Part shown: in pieces, positions 1 through 10,279 of the stretch | Position numbering within the stretch: the first letter of the stretch is position 1 | Layout: each line of letters begins with the position of its first letter | Assembly (NCBI GenBank): GCA_965206595.1 | Contig: OZ242214.1 | Span: 4,032,001 to 4,096,000, forward strand | Reading direction: 5' to 3' | Source: Candidatus Latescibacterota bacterium | GTDB lineage: Bacteria > Latescibacterota > UBA2968 > UBA8231 | DNA length: 64,000 bases | Program-made: the position numbers and the translations under genes | Notes under the pieces: model-generated | The model's database searches: none | What the model saw: the letters and a program-made list of their open reading frames with translations, nothing else | Told to the model about the DNA's origin: nothing

Positions 1-2147
1 ATCACGCGGCGCCTGCGCACGGATTTCGAGCCGATCGGCTTGCGCGTTGAGCAGTTGACCGCGGCGGTCGAGGTGGACGCCTTCGAGGAAGAGTTACTGG
101 CCGACAGGAGCGAGCCGTTCGACTTCCTGGTCGCGACGCCCGAGAAGCTGTCGCTGGTGATCCGGAACAGCAAGGTGGATCGTCCTCTCGCGCTGGTGGT
201 GATGGACGAAGCCCACAATCTGGAGGCGGAGGGCCGGGGCCTGCGGATCGAGCTGTTGCTGGCGACGGTGAAGCGGGACTGCCCGCAGGCAAACTTCTTG
301 CTGTTGATGCCCTACGTGGAGGGAGCGGAGTCGGTAGCGCGCTGGCTTGCGCAGGACATCGACGCGGGGAACGCGATCAGCCTCGGTACGGTACCGTGGA
401 AGCCGAACGAGCGGATTATCGGCCTCTTCCGGGCCGTGGCCGACGCCAGCGCGCGCGGGGGTTGGCACCTCGATTTCGAGACGCTGACCGCTAGCGAGAA
501 GGCGATGCCGCTTCACGGAACGCACCGCGTGGGAGGTGTAAAGCCGATCGACGTGCCAAAGAGCCAGGTGCTTGCGAAGGGCGGGCAGAAGGGACTCGGA
601 CTGCAGACTGCGGCGATCAGCGCGGTGATGTCGGCGCGAGGCACGAGTGTTGCGGTGGCCAACAACATTCGCACGGTCTGGAAGATGGCGGGGGAAGCGG
701 CGCGGAGCCTCCCCGAGATGGAGGAAGTGCCTTCGGACATAAGGCTGGTTCAGGACTTCGTGCGCACCGAGATCAGCGCCGACTTCAGGCTGGTCGGCAT
801 GCTTGAGAAGGGCGTGGGCGTGCACCATGCGGGGCTGTCCGACGATGTCCGGGCGCTGATGGAGTGGCTTGCGGAGACGGGCAGCCTGCGAATGCTGTGC
901 GCGACGTCGACGATCGCCCAGGGCATCAACTTTCCGGTGTCGTCGGTCTTTCTGTCCTCGCGCTATGTGCCGCAGGGGACGAGATCGGTGGAGATCGCGC
1001 CGCGGGAGTTCTGGAACCTCGCCGGGCGCGCAGGAAGGATCGGTCACGACAGCGTCGGTGTAGTGGGGCTGTCCGAAGGGACCGATCGCGATGCCTTGAT
1101 CAAGTTCGTGAGCCGTAACACCGGTGCGCTCGTCTCACGTCTCGTGGTGCTTCTGGACGAGCTGGCAGCGCAGGGGTCGTTGGCGCAGCTGTCGGATGTG
1201 CTCTGGAAGGATCAGTGGGAGGATTTTCGCTGCTACATCGCACACCTGTGGGCGGAGAAGAAGAACTTGGATGCGGTCCTTGCGGATTCCGAGCAGCTTC
1301 TGAGGCAGACCTCGGATACACTTCGATGCGGAACGATCCGCAGCAGAGACAGAAGGCGGATGCCCTTCTCGATGCGACGCAGAGCTACGCGCGCGAGCTC
1401 GCCGAGATGCCTCAGGGAATCGCGGAGCTTGCGGATTCCACCGGGTTCTCGCCGGAAGGGGTCCGCGCGGCAATGGGTGGCATCGGCAGTCTGGAGAGCA
1501 GGCTCACCGTGTCGGACTGGGCGCCGGAGAGCCTGTTCGGCAGCGGTGGCAGAATGGCGGACCTGTTCGGGGTCATGTTGAGGGTGCCGCAGCTCAAGCA
1601 GGACTTGAATGAGTTGGGGGGGCAAGGGTTCGATCGGAGCCGGATCTCCGAGATCACCAACGACTGGGTGAACGGAAAGGGTCTGGAAGCGATCGCGAGG
1701 GAGTATTTCAGCCGCGAAAACGACGACGAAGTGGGCACGGCGGCCCTGACGGATGCGTGCAGGGCGATCTATCGCACCATTGTCAACAGCGGAACATGGG
1801 GTGTTTCGGCGCTGAGTCGGGTGTCGGGGATCGATTTCGACGCGCTTTCCGAAGCCGACAAGCGGCGGATCAACGCACTGCCCGCCATGATCTATCACGG
1901 CGTAAGCAGCGAAGATGCGGTACTCATGCGGATGAATGCCGCCCCGCGCAGCGCGGCCGAGGCGTTGGGGAGCCTCTACCGGGATGTCACCGGTGAGGAT
2001 GAGGGGCGGTATTCGGTGGGAACGGCGCGGCGTTTCCTGCAGGGACTGGGCGCCGATGAATGGGACGGGGTGAGACCGGCAGGCGCGCCGCTGTCCGGCA
2101 CGGGATATAAGCGGGTCTGGGAGGTTCTCTCCGGAGAGGCGAGCTGA
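1..2147 (+). pseudogene. Ski2-like DEAD/DEAH-box SF2 helicase (5' end outside window), split by a 1-nt frameshift near 1310
   Basis: ORF 40-1581 has ATPEK, VVMDEAH, GVGVHHAGL, CATSTIAQGINFP and NLAGRAGR motifs. After LLRQT the sensible sequence (GYTSMRNDPQQRQKADALL...) continues in ORF 1215-2147. Confidence 0.85.
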
Positions 2148-2170
2148 CGGCGCTCGATCCTCAGCCCAAC

Positions 2171-2234
2171 CGCCGCCAGCCTACTGAAGCCGCAACTCCT
2201 CCGACACCTCGGCAAGCAGATCATTGGTCTTCTC
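2171..2234 (-). repeat. Copy 1 of the DUF499 gene 3' end
   Basis: ctactgaagccgcaactcctccgacacctcggcaagcagatcattggtcttctc matches 4387-4440 with few mismatches. Confidence 0.9.
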
Positions 2235-2559
2235 TAAAAGCAAGCAAATTTGATGTTGAAGCTCGTGTAGTTCTTCCGCGATCTCTTGAGGGGGATTCTG
2301 ATCGAGGGCTTTTTTTTACGATCTCGGCGGCCTTTTTTGGCTGGTTGCAGTCCAATGCAAGCGTCGCAGCACTGCGGTGCAGTACCGAGTAGGTCGGTTC
2401 GATCCGTCCCTCCGCTTCCAATTGGGCGATCGCCCCAAGTTCGTATTTCAATGCTTGAACAAAAAAATCGTGTGCCTGTTCTCGCCGGCCGTGTAGGCGC
2501 TCTACAAAAGCAAGTTCGGCAAAATCCATGGCCTTATTGTGGGAATCGTTGACGCTCAT
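2181..2559 (-). CDS. Small helical hypothetical protein (HNKAM...LHRSAATLALDC), apparent frameshift in an A8 run at 2310-2317
   Basis: ATG at 2559. With one A removed the frame reads KKALDQNPPQEIAEEL...EKTNDLLAEVSEELRLQ* to TAG at 2181-2183. Confidence 0.6.
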
Positions 2560-2704
2560 TTTCCGGCACCTCAGCAAGCGGTTGTCCAAACTCAACTACG
2601 ATTACGTACGCTGGTAGAGACCCGTCTGACGGGTCTGTCTGTTTTAGCTTCTGTCTCATTCTTGCTTGCACATCGCTATCGCTGCCCTTGCGTATCCCCG
2701 ATTT

Positions 2705-2794
2705 CCGCCGCTAGCCTACTCAAGCCGCAAGTCCTCCGACATCTCGGCAAGCAGGGCGTTGATCTTCTCCACCGCCTCCGGGCTGGGGGCGGTC
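2705..2794 (-). repeat. Copy 2 of the DUF499 gene 3' end
   Basis: cctactcaagccgcaagtcctccgacatctcggcaagca...ttgatcttctccaccgcctccgggctgggggcggtc matches 4387-4465. Confidence 0.92.
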
Positions 2795-2809
2795 AACCAC
2801 CCCGTCATA

Positions 2810-3110
2810 GCTAAGTGGGCGGCCTTGCTCGCGGATATTTGGCCCCTGACGGATCCTGCCCCGATCCGGACTTGTCGGACCGGACTTGTCGGAATGGTGT
2901 AGAGTTACCGCCTGTGCCCCGCGGAGGGTACCGCCTCAACCGCAGGTCGAAGTCGCCGCCTGACCTAATCGCGGTATGCTCTCTGTGCCGCGAGCGGTAC
3001 GGAGTGCATACTCAAGAACCAGATTGACCTTGGTACGTGCCGAGATCCTTTTTCAATTGATGCTTGGAACATCCCGGATCTTCTTTAGGAAGACAAGCGA
3101 ATCGAATAGA
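2810..3110 (+). mobile_element. Degenerate ISCR/IS91-like 3'-end remnant
   Basis: KWAALLA...LTDPAPIRT and ...gtcgccgcctgacct...ctcaagaaccagattgacc resemble the copies at 38.9-39.4 kb and 52.0-52.6 kb. Confidence 0.6.
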
Positions 3111-3150
3111 ATCGTCGATAGGGAATATCTTTGAGGTTGCCATTAATGAT

Positions 3151-3957
3151 TTATCTATTAGTCAGCTCCTCTATGTAACAAGGGTTTATTTCGATCTCCT
3201 CATTTCTTAATGAACATTCATATAAATTCGTATGAGATGGAAGTATTTTGCCAAGTAATTTTTTATCCTCAGTCGGGGTTCTTAATCCAAAAATGACAGA
3301 TTTAGGCCGCAATCCAGACATACGCCTTTCTTCATTTTGGATCTCAAACCACATATGAAATTCATGTGTCAGTCTCCATTCTCTCTCATAGCTCCATTCT
3401 TCACGTTTTACATACAAATATTCTTTTAAAAATTGTAATGGATTTTCAATAAATTGAGGTATTGAAGCTTTCCAATTAATATCACTTGTATAATTAACTT
3501 TGTCGCACAGATCTGACCTTAAATCTCCAACTCTGTCGAATTCCAAGCACAAACCTTTGTGTGAATCTGCATAGTGAGACCACATAAGAGTGCTATAGGG
3601 AGAAGAGGAAAAGCAAGCGAATCCTAATTGGGAAATTAAATTCTCGTGAAATCTTATTATCCTATCCCTTAATTCAGGATCTTCCCTGTTCTCGAAATTT
3701 TTGAAATATTTCAAATGCAATGCGCTTGATTTCATCAATTCAATGGCTCGATTCAAATCGAAAGATAACTCAAAGCATGACTCGGCTTTCATGATTTTGT
3801 TAAAGGAAACGATATTGTCGAAGGGGTCATTGAATGTGCTGGGGTCGCCGAGCCAGACATATTCCTGAACCAAACAATCCAAAGAATTTTTGTTAATGGA
3901 GTAAAATTTGAACAAAGAGCTCGGATCATCGAAATTTATCTCATGGTTTTTTAACAT
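3151..3957 (-). CDS. DUF2971 domain protein (AT-rich, likely horizontally acquired)
   Basis: FNDPFD, LMWSHYADSHKGLCLEF and K-x3-WSYEREWR motifs. GGAGG RBS upstream of ATG 3957; visibly AT-rich. Confidence 0.85.
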   Translation of the reverse strand: MLKNHEINFDDPSSLFKFYSINKNSLDCLVQEYVWLGDPSTFNDPFDNIVSFNKIMKAESCFELSFDLNRAIELMKSSALHLKYFKNFENREDPELRDRIIRFHENLISQLGFACFSSSPYSTLMWSHYADSHKGLCLEFDRVGDLRSDLCDKVNYTSDINWKASIPQFIENPLQFLKEYLYVKREEWSYEREWRLTHEFHMWFEIQNEERRMSGLRPKSVIFGLRTPTEDKKLLGKILPSHTNLYECSLRNEEIEINPCYIEELTNR

Positions 3958-4030
3958 CACGTCCTCCAATTTATCTTGTGCAATTGCCAAGTTAAGGGCA
4001 CCTTCGGTATTGAAATCAGAATTACCGCTC

Positions 4031-4377
4031 CACTTCAGCGGTTGTGGCGGACGCCTGAGAATCATCGCCGCCCGCCTCGATCCGAACCTGTCTGGAGGGG
4101 TAGGGCTGCCGGCGATGCCCCGCCGAGGGTTCCGCCTCAACCACAGTTCGAGTTCGCCGCCTGACCACCTCTGCCATTTGGCTGCCGGCAGGTGAGCCAT
4201 ACGGAGGCGGGAGCCCTCAAAGTACCGGGGTGACCCCTGAAAGGCGCCGAAATCCATTTCAGAGGATTGGGGCAGTCCCGACCGATAAAGTGTGAAGACA
4301 AGCGATCTATCAGAGACCCTGATGGACCCTTGTGCACGTCTCAGCGAACGGCCCGATATCGGGGCCTTTCTCCTAAT
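4031..4377 (+). mobile_element. ISCR/IS91-like 3'-end remnant
   Basis: Encodes CGGRLRIIAA...QPQFEFAA*, followed by the conserved non-coding tail ending tttctcctaat 9 nt from the DUF499 stop codon. Confidence 0.75.
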
Positions 4378-4386
4378 AATGACTGC

Positions 4387-7300
4387 TTACTGAAGCCGCA
4401 AGTCCTCCGACACCTCGGCAAGCAAATCTTTGATCTTCTCCACCGCCTCCGGGCTGGGGGCGGTCTCCCCTCCTACCTCGATGCCGACCGTAAACCTGAG
4501 CTCGTTTCCAACGGCGGCCTTTAGCAGCTCCGGCACCTGGTCGGCCAGGTCCTGGATCTGGTCGGCCTCAAGAACCGCCTCTGCACGGGGCAACCCTCGG
4601 GTCCTGCTTCCCGACCCGTATAGGGGTTTCTCCTTTTCGTGAACTCCGCCGGCCGGCACCTGGAGGATCACGTGCTGGGCGCCCGCCAGGTCGCACGGCC
4701 ATTCCGCGCTGTCCCTTGTCGGCTCGATCCAGCGCGCCCGGATGGCCGACGCGATGGCTGATCGCACCGTGGTCCAGGGCAGATTGGCGCCAAGCTTGGC
4801 TGAGAGGGCGGTGGCAAGGGCGAGGGTGTTTGCCTTGCCGTCCTTCCAGGCGTCGGGGATCGACTCGGCCATCAACTCGGCAACTTCGATCGGCTCAGGC
4901 CGCGGCCTGAGTTTCGCGGCGGCCGTGAGGATTCCCGCCGGCACCGGCTCGTCGAGGATCGAGGCCGGTCCGCTCGTCAGCCAAACCAACCCCTGCTCGA
5001 CGGCCTGCGAGATGGCCGTTTCCAGGTGAGCCGGTTCGCATTTCGGGATGACCAGGATCTCCTCATACCCCTCCCGCGGCAGGCTCACGGTGTGGCCGCC
5101 GCCAAAGTAGTCGAAGACATCCTGCACGCTGATTTCCTCCGCCCGCCACAGCCCGGGGAGCTTCTCGTGCACGAGGAGGTCCGGGGCGATCCCGCTCAAC
5201 TCGGCTGCTTCGGGAAGCAGCACCTCCAGAGCCGGGTCCTGCAGGGCCGTCTCGTCCACGTCCGTGCGCCAGAAGGTGCGGGCGGTGCGGTCCGGGCGTA
5301 CGAGCCGCGCCACCCAGGTTCCCTGCCGGACTCCGTCCACGACCGTGTCCAGGACCTCTTTCGGCCGCAGCATCTTGGGCAGCTTGGGAAACTGCGCGAA
5401 GGCGCCCACGAGGTCCTTGACGCGGCGGGAGTCCTCCCCCTCGCGCCACAAGTCGTAGGGACCGCCCGGCACCATCGCCTCCGAGCTGACGGCGGTTTCC
5501 TGGATGCGCGACCGCTGGTCCGCCTTGATGATCGTGAACAGAGGCTCCCCGGTGACCACGACCTTGAAGGCGTGAACGGTGTTGTTCTCGTCGACGGTGA
5601 CGACCACGGAGTACGCCTGCCGCACGGCCTCCGGGATGCGTCTCCTCGCGGACTCCGTCTCTGTGGCGAGCATCTGCTCGCGGAGCGGATCGATGGGCTG
5701 ATCCTTGAGCTGCTCGCGGACCTCCACCCACCCGAGGTACTCCCGGACCCGCGTGCGCACCGCCTCGAGACCGTCCCGGGAAGGCACGGCCAGGACCACG
5801 GCGTTGCGGAAGACCCGGGGATGGTCCCGGGAGGTCCTCTCCTCGAGGAAGCGCTTGGCCGGAGCGCTCGGCTTGCCGGACTCGGAGGCCGCCTGCGGCC
5901 CGAGGACGGCGTAGTGGAAGTCGCCGTCGTCGCCGATATCGCTCGGTCTCTCCGGCAGGTTGTGCACCTTGGCGCCGGCCGCGGAGGCGCCCGAGGTGAG
6001 AGCCCTCTCCTTGTCGATGGCGTCGATGAGCTGCGATTCGACGAGTGTGGACGGCACCCGGTTGCTGCAGGCCTCGTGGTGCATCTGGCGCAGGTTGGGC
6101 CGGTTGCCCAGCCGCCACGCCCTCGGCAGTTCCCCCTCCGAGCCGGTCTCACCGGTGGCGATCTCCGCCTCGTCCAGGAACCACGACTGCTCCGTCCAGC
6201 GCCGCAGGGCCTTCTCCAACTCGATCCTGTCCGGATGGCCCGCTCCGAGCAGCACCATCAGGTCCCGGGTCAGGGCCTTGTGGCCGATGGGCTGGGAGCT
6301 CAGGAAGACCGAGACCACGGCCTGCTCCGTCTCCCGGTGTGCCAGGCCGGCCGCCTCGTCCTGGATCATGCGCGCCTTTTCCAGCTCGCCTTCGAGAATG
6401 GGCCGCCACTCCTGGGGCCGGCCGGTATCCGTGTCGACGCTGGCAATGGAAGCGAGCTCGCCGGCCGCCTCGGCCAGGCCATCCTTTCCCGGCTCGTGCA
6501 GAAAGACGTTGGGCCCCACGAGCGGGCTGGTGTCCCACCCGGCGACATCGCGCAAGGCGATGGCGAAGGTGCGCAGGATGCCACGGGTGCGCTGGAAGCC
6601 GTCGAGCTGGGTCCAGCGGGTGTAGAAGACCTCCGTGAGATCCGGGTGGAAGGGATAGCTGTTCAGGTAGCGCTCCTCGGCGCTGGCCCGCTCCTTCCCG
6701 GTCTGGTCGTCGAGGGCGGCGATACTGCCCACCGCCGAGGTCACATGCGGGCGGAAGACGCTCTGATCGCGGATCGACTCGGGGGTGAAGAAGCGGCGCC
6801 GCAGGACCTCGGCCACGTCCTCCTTGCTCACCGGACTGGCGTCCTCCTCCATCTGGCGGCCGAAGACCTCGGAGACATCGAGCAGCAGCTCCTGGCCGAG
6901 GTCGTCATGCTTCCTCGGGTCGGAGGCGAGCAGCGAGGCCACCATGGCGCAGCGGTCCACCTTGACCACCGCCTGCGTTAGGTACTGGAAGAAACTGACC
7001 AGGCGTCCCCGTGACTCCCCGGAAGCCTCGGCCAGCACCCGCAGGTACATCAGCACCTCGTCGAGCAGCACCAGCGTCGAGAGTCCGTCTCTCTGCGGCC
7101 TGGATAGCAGCTCCACCACCAGCGGCTCCGCGGGCGGGGTGTCGCGCTCCGCGTCCTTGCCGTCTGCGTGGATGAGCCGCAGGCCGTCCGGCCCCGCCAA
7201 CTGAAAGGCGAGGATGCTCCACGGGTGCTTGAGCATCCTGACCTCGCCATCCGGCCCCGGCGTCTCGACCCCCTTCTCCAGGTCGATCTTGTCGAAGCAG

Positions 7301-7704
7301 AGCGCCGCGACCCGGGCCTGCGGAGGCCTGAAGCCGATGTGCGCCTCAAACTCCTGCACGGCCGGCAGGGCGGGAAGCGCCGCCGGGTCGTGGACCAGGT
7401 GCCTCAGCGCGATGAGCGTGTGCGTCTTGCCGCCGCCGTAGTTGACGGAAAGCTTGCGGTACGCCTTGTCGCTGCGGCCGTCGAGCCGGTGGCAGACGTC
7501 CTTGACCAGCTCCCGCAGGTTCAGGGTGGGAAAGGTGAGGGCGAAGAACTCCTCGGGCCGCTCGTACACCGGCCGCTGGCCCTTCTGCATCACCACGTCG
7601 TAGAGGTCGGCAGCGAAGACGGCCAGCGACAGCTCCCCCGTCTTCAGGTCGTCGCGCAGCTGCACTACCTCGTGCCAGGGTTTCCGGGATGTCTTGGTTG
7701 TCAT
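4387..7704 (-). CDS. DUF499 family AAA+ ATPase (BREX-related system)
   Basis: 1105 aa with KPWHEVV, FAADL, Walker A YGGGKTH, Walker B LVLLDE, SYPFHP and FQRTRGILR. Confidence 0.9.
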   Translation of the reverse strand: MTTKTSRKPWHEVVQLRDDLKTGELSLAVFAADLYDVVMQKGQRPVYERPEEFFALTFPTLNLRELVKDVCHRLDGRSDKAYRKLSVNYGGGKTHTLIALRHLVHDPAALPALPAVQEFEAHIGFRPPQARVAALCFDKIDLEKGVETPGPDGEVRMLKHPWSILAFQLAGPDGLRLIHADGKDAERDTPPAEPLVVELLSRPQRDGLSTLVLLDEVLMYLRVLAEASGESRGRLVSFFQYLTQAVVKVDRCAMVASLLASDPRKHDDLGQELLLDVSEVFGRQMEEDASPVSKEDVAEVLRRRFFTPESIRDQSVFRPHVTSAVGSIAALDDQTGKERASAEERYLNSYPFHPDLTEVFYTRWTQLDGFQRTRGILRTFAIALRDVAGWDTSPLVGPNVFLHEPGKDGLAEAAGELASIASVDTDTGRPQEWRPILEGELEKARMIQDEAAGLAHRETEQAVVSVFLSSQPIGHKALTRDLMVLLGAGHPDRIELEKALRRWTEQSWFLDEAEIATGETGSEGELPRAWRLGNRPNLRQMHHEACSNRVPSTLVESQLIDAIDKERALTSGASAAGAKVHNLPERPSDIGDDGDFHYAVLGPQAASESGKPSAPAKRFLEERTSRDHPRVFRNAVVLAVPSRDGLEAVRTRVREYLGWVEVREQLKDQPIDPLREQMLATETESARRRIPEAVRQAYSVVVTVDENNTVHAFKVVVTGEPLFTIIKADQRSRIQETAVSSEAMVPGGPYDLWREGEDSRRVKDLVGAFAQFPKLPKMLRPKEVLDTVVDGVRQGTWVARLVRPDRTARTFWRTDVDETALQDPALEVLLPEAAELSGIAPDLLVHEKLPGLWRAEEISVQDVFDYFGGGHTVSLPREGYEEILVIPKCEPAHLETAISQAVEQGLVWLTSGPASILDEPVPAGILTAAAKLRPRPEPIEVAELMAESIPDAWKDGKANTLALATALSAKLGANLPWTTVRSAIASAIRARWIEPTRDSAEWPCDLAGAQHVILQVPAGGVHEKEKPLYGSGSRTRGLPRAEAVLEADQIQDLADQVPELLKAAVGNELRFTVGIEVGGETAPSPEAVEKIKDLLAEVSEDLRLQ

Positions 7705-8039
7705 GTTGTCCTCGCGGAAGGATGGATTCGCACCACCTCGCTAGGCCGGATCTCACCAAGGAGTCGCTCCAGCTCAGGCACCAGGTCCCCCAAGGCCTCG
7801 AGGGTCTTGCTGGACGGGCGCAGGATCGCAACACCCAAGTCGAATTGCCACAATGGTTGCTGGTCGGGGAGGCTATTGTCCATGGTCACCAGAACATCGA
7901 AGTGCTTTTTAGCCGCGTGTAGTAATGCCCCGTTCTTGAGACCCTTCCAGCCGCGGTATTCCACCGTCTCCACCATCAGTTCCTCTTTGAAGTATAGCCT
8001 GAGTCGGATCGGAATATCCTCATCAAGAAGTACTCGCAT
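7701..8039 (-). CDS. DUF5615/VapC45-like PIN toxin
   Basis: MRVLLDEDIP...GWKGLKNGALL...LVTMD; lies directly downstream of the DUF433 gene. Confidence 0.8.
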   Translation of the reverse strand: MRVLLDEDIPIRLRLYFKEELMVETVEYRGWKGLKNGALLHAAKKHFDVLVTMDNSLPDQQPLWQFDLGVAILRPSSKTLEALGDLVPELERLLGEIRPSEVVRIHPSARTT

Positions 8040-8286
8040 TCCGCTCCCTCATGTGATCCAGTCCTTGGGAAGCAAGCTCGAGGAATGAATCTAGTTGCCA
8101 CCGCTCGACCGTGGGGTAATCCTGGAGAAACTCCTCGATGGAGTGCCCACCCTTGAGGTAAGCCACCAAGCTGTCTACCGGGACGCGCGTGCCGGCAAAC
8201 ACCAGATCGCCACTATGGACTTCTGGATCACGCCGGACAACCTTCTCCAGCGAGATTTCCCTGCGCACCGAGGTTCCCATCTCCAC
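8023..8286 (-). CDS. DUF433 antitoxin
   Basis: DPEVHSGDLVFAGTRVPV...G.SIEEFLQDYPTV signature. Confidence 0.85.
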   Translation of the reverse strand: MEMGTSVRREISLEKVVRRDPEVHSGDLVFAGTRVPVDSLVAYLKGGHSIEEFLQDYPTVERWQLDSFLELASQGLDHMRERNASTS

Positions 8287-8947
8287 TCCTCCTCTCTGAG
8301 GTAAGCTCCCTGAGTTTCTCCCTGAAGTATCGAAAACTCGGAGATGCGTTTTTCTCCACGTCCAACTCCGGGACGATTCTCTCCGCCCAAGTTGACTTTT
8401 CCCTGCCCACGGCCGACCAACCCTTCCCCTTCAGCACACTGGAGCCGCCCCTGAACACGGCGTCCGCGAGAAACTCCCAGGTTCCGCAGATCGAGTCGTT
8501 CCTGTAACGCTTGAGGACATCCTCCCTCGCTTGCGGATAGGCTGCCCTGATCGCGGGAAGGTCGCCCAGCAGCCATGCCTCCCCCTCCTCTACGGCGATG
8601 CAGAAGCGGGTCTCCGGTCTCGGGTTGCAGTGCTCCAGGACTCCAAGGAGTTCTTGGCGAAAGGTCCTCCGGCATCTGTCATCCAGGTCACAAACCACGA
8701 TGACCACAGCGCGGTAGCTGGCGCCATACCCGGCAAAGGTCTTCCCATTTCCCCGGAGCAACCTCGGAAGCTGGTCGAGCAGGAGGCGCTTCGTCGCCTC
8801 AGTGCCACCCGTCAACCCCCTTGGAATGCGCCCGACCCCCTTGTACGCATGAACCCGAAAGGTGTGCTGATCGTCCACGATCTTCGGAACCAAGATGTCC
8901 AGCGCTCGCTTGCCCGAAGTATCTTCGACGAGGATCTCGAAGTGCAC
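8228..8947 (-). CDS. DUF4276-like (TOPRIM-like) partner of ABC ATPase
   Basis: GTG start VHFEILVED, then VVCDLDD, EEGEAWLLGD and N.SPSF motifs. Confidence 0.75.
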   Translation of the reverse strand: MHFEILVEDTSGKRALDILVPKIVDDQHTFRVHAYKGVGRIPRGLTGGTEATKRLLLDQLPRLLRGNGKTFAGYGASYRAVVIVVCDLDDRCRRTFRQELLGVLEHCNPRPETRFCIAVEEGEAWLLGDLPAIRAAYPQAREDVLKRYRNDSICGTWEFLADAVFRGGSSVLKGKGWSAVGREKSTWAERIVPELDVEKNASPSFRYFREKLRELTSERRSGDGNLGAQGNLAGEGCPA

Positions 8948-8952
8948 TCTGA

Positions 8953-10275
8953 TCACCTGGCGTCGAGGTACTCGCTGAACCAAAGACCGCCCAACGGCAA
9001 TCCTTCCTCGACCATGTTGTTCACAGTCGGATCGTCGCTGGCTCGTCGAATCTTTGAAAGACCATCCTCACCCTTCTCCAGAATCCAGACTTCCTCCGGG
9101 GAAAGCGCATCGACGAAATACGGCTGGTGTGTCGTAACAAAGACCTGCGAGCCCTTGCTTCCGGTCGCATGTTCCCGGAATTCGTTGGCCAGGGTCTCCA
9201 GGAGTTTATGATAAAGGCCGTTTTCCGGTTCCTCGATGCAGAGGAACGGCGCCGGATCCGGATCCTGGAGCAGCAGCAGGTAGGCGAAAACCTTCAGCGT
9301 CCCGTCGGATACTTGCTGGGCATAGAAGGGATCCTGAAAGCTCCTGTCGTTGAATTGCAGGAGCAGCCGGCCGTCATTGGTTCTTTCCGTGTCGATCCGA
9401 TCTATGCCCGGTATCCTTCCGGCTATCTCCTTCAAGACAGCCTTGAAACGTTGCGGATGTTCGCGCTCCAGGAATTGCACGACGTTGCCGAGATTGTCCC
9501 CTTGACTATTCAGATGTCTCTGAGGACCGGCCAGCGGCAAACTGCGAGCCGCGGCCGGGGTGAAGTAACTCAGGTACCATCCTTCGATAAAGCGGCGGAA
9601 TGCGGAGATTCGCGGATGTTGCTTCAAGGCGCCAACCGTAGCAATGCCAAGCCTGTGGCGGTCTTCCAACTCGATCTGTTCGGTCTCGTTGGGCTCCTCC
9701 TTCCTGCTCAGTCTTATCAGCTCTTCCACCTTCAATCGCTTCTTCTCGATATCGTCTTCCGCGATTGCTTCGTCCACCAAGCCCTTCATGTGGATGTCCC
9801 TCGCTTCATACCCTTCATCTCCCTTCCATGCCACACCCCGGCCGTCACTCAGCCACAAGAACGAGAACGGTCGCCCATAGCTCTGGTTTCTCCTTCTCTG
9901 TCTGAGACGCTCTCGCGATACATAAGGACGACCCGACTCGTCTGACTCTATGGCGATCTCATAGGTAATCGGACGGGCTCTTCCTTGTTCCCGGTAGTAC
10001 ACCTCGAACTCGACAGGCCCCGTCTCCCCCTGGGTCCGCAGCTTCTCGAAGCCGCCGCGACCCCGGGCGTCGCAAGCCTCTTCGACACCGAGTCTCAAGG
10101 CGTCGGCCAGGAATCCGAATGCATCGAAGAGAACACTCTTCCCTACTCCGTTCCTGCCGATCACCGCTGTCATGGGAGTGAGAGGTCGGTTCTCCTGTTC
10201 GTTCCACAGGCGCCCCAATGTCACATCCCTGAGCAGCTTGAAGTTCCTTACTCGAAACCCCTCTATCTTGGTCAT
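8953..10275 (-). CDS. ABC-type AAA ATPase (AAA_21/COG4637-like)
   Basis: GRNGVGKS, VSDGTLK signature, IEEPENGLY and VTTHQP. Confidence 0.9.
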   Translation of the reverse strand: MTKIEGFRVRNFKLLRDVTLGRLWNEQENRPLTPMTAVIGRNGVGKSVLFDAFGFLADALRLGVEEACDARGRGGFEKLRTQGETGPVEFEVYYREQGRARPITYEIAIESDESGRPYVSRERLRQRRRNQSYGRPFSFLWLSDGRGVAWKGDEGYEARDIHMKGLVDEAIAEDDIEKKRLKVEELIRLSRKEEPNETEQIELEDRHRLGIATVGALKQHPRISAFRRFIEGWYLSYFTPAAARSLPLAGPQRHLNSQGDNLGNVVQFLEREHPQRFKAVLKEIAGRIPGIDRIDTERTNDGRLLLQFNDRSFQDPFYAQQVSDGTLKVFAYLLLLQDPDPAPFLCIEEPENGLYHKLLETLANEFREHATGSKGSQVFVTTHQPYFVDALSPEEVWILEKGEDGLSKIRRASDDPTVNNMVEEGLPLGGLWFSEYLDAR

Positions 10276-10279
10276 TTCT

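Noticed and set aside
3958-4257. N-terminal 100-aa extension of the DUF2971 ORF
   Set aside because: It is largely the antisense of an ISCR-like remnant; the RBS and the GC shift place the start at 3957.
2171-4465. Repeats as a CRISPR array or integron attC sites
   Set aside because: Spacing is irregular, the repeats are coding-derived, there are no attC-type inverted core boxes, and no cas or intI gene is present.
5026-6981. Long plus-strand ORFs opposite real genes (also 24744-27122, 47015-48625, 56712-58049)
   Set aside because: Antisense shadows expected from GC3-biased codons; they have no motifs, while the opposite strand has clear ones.
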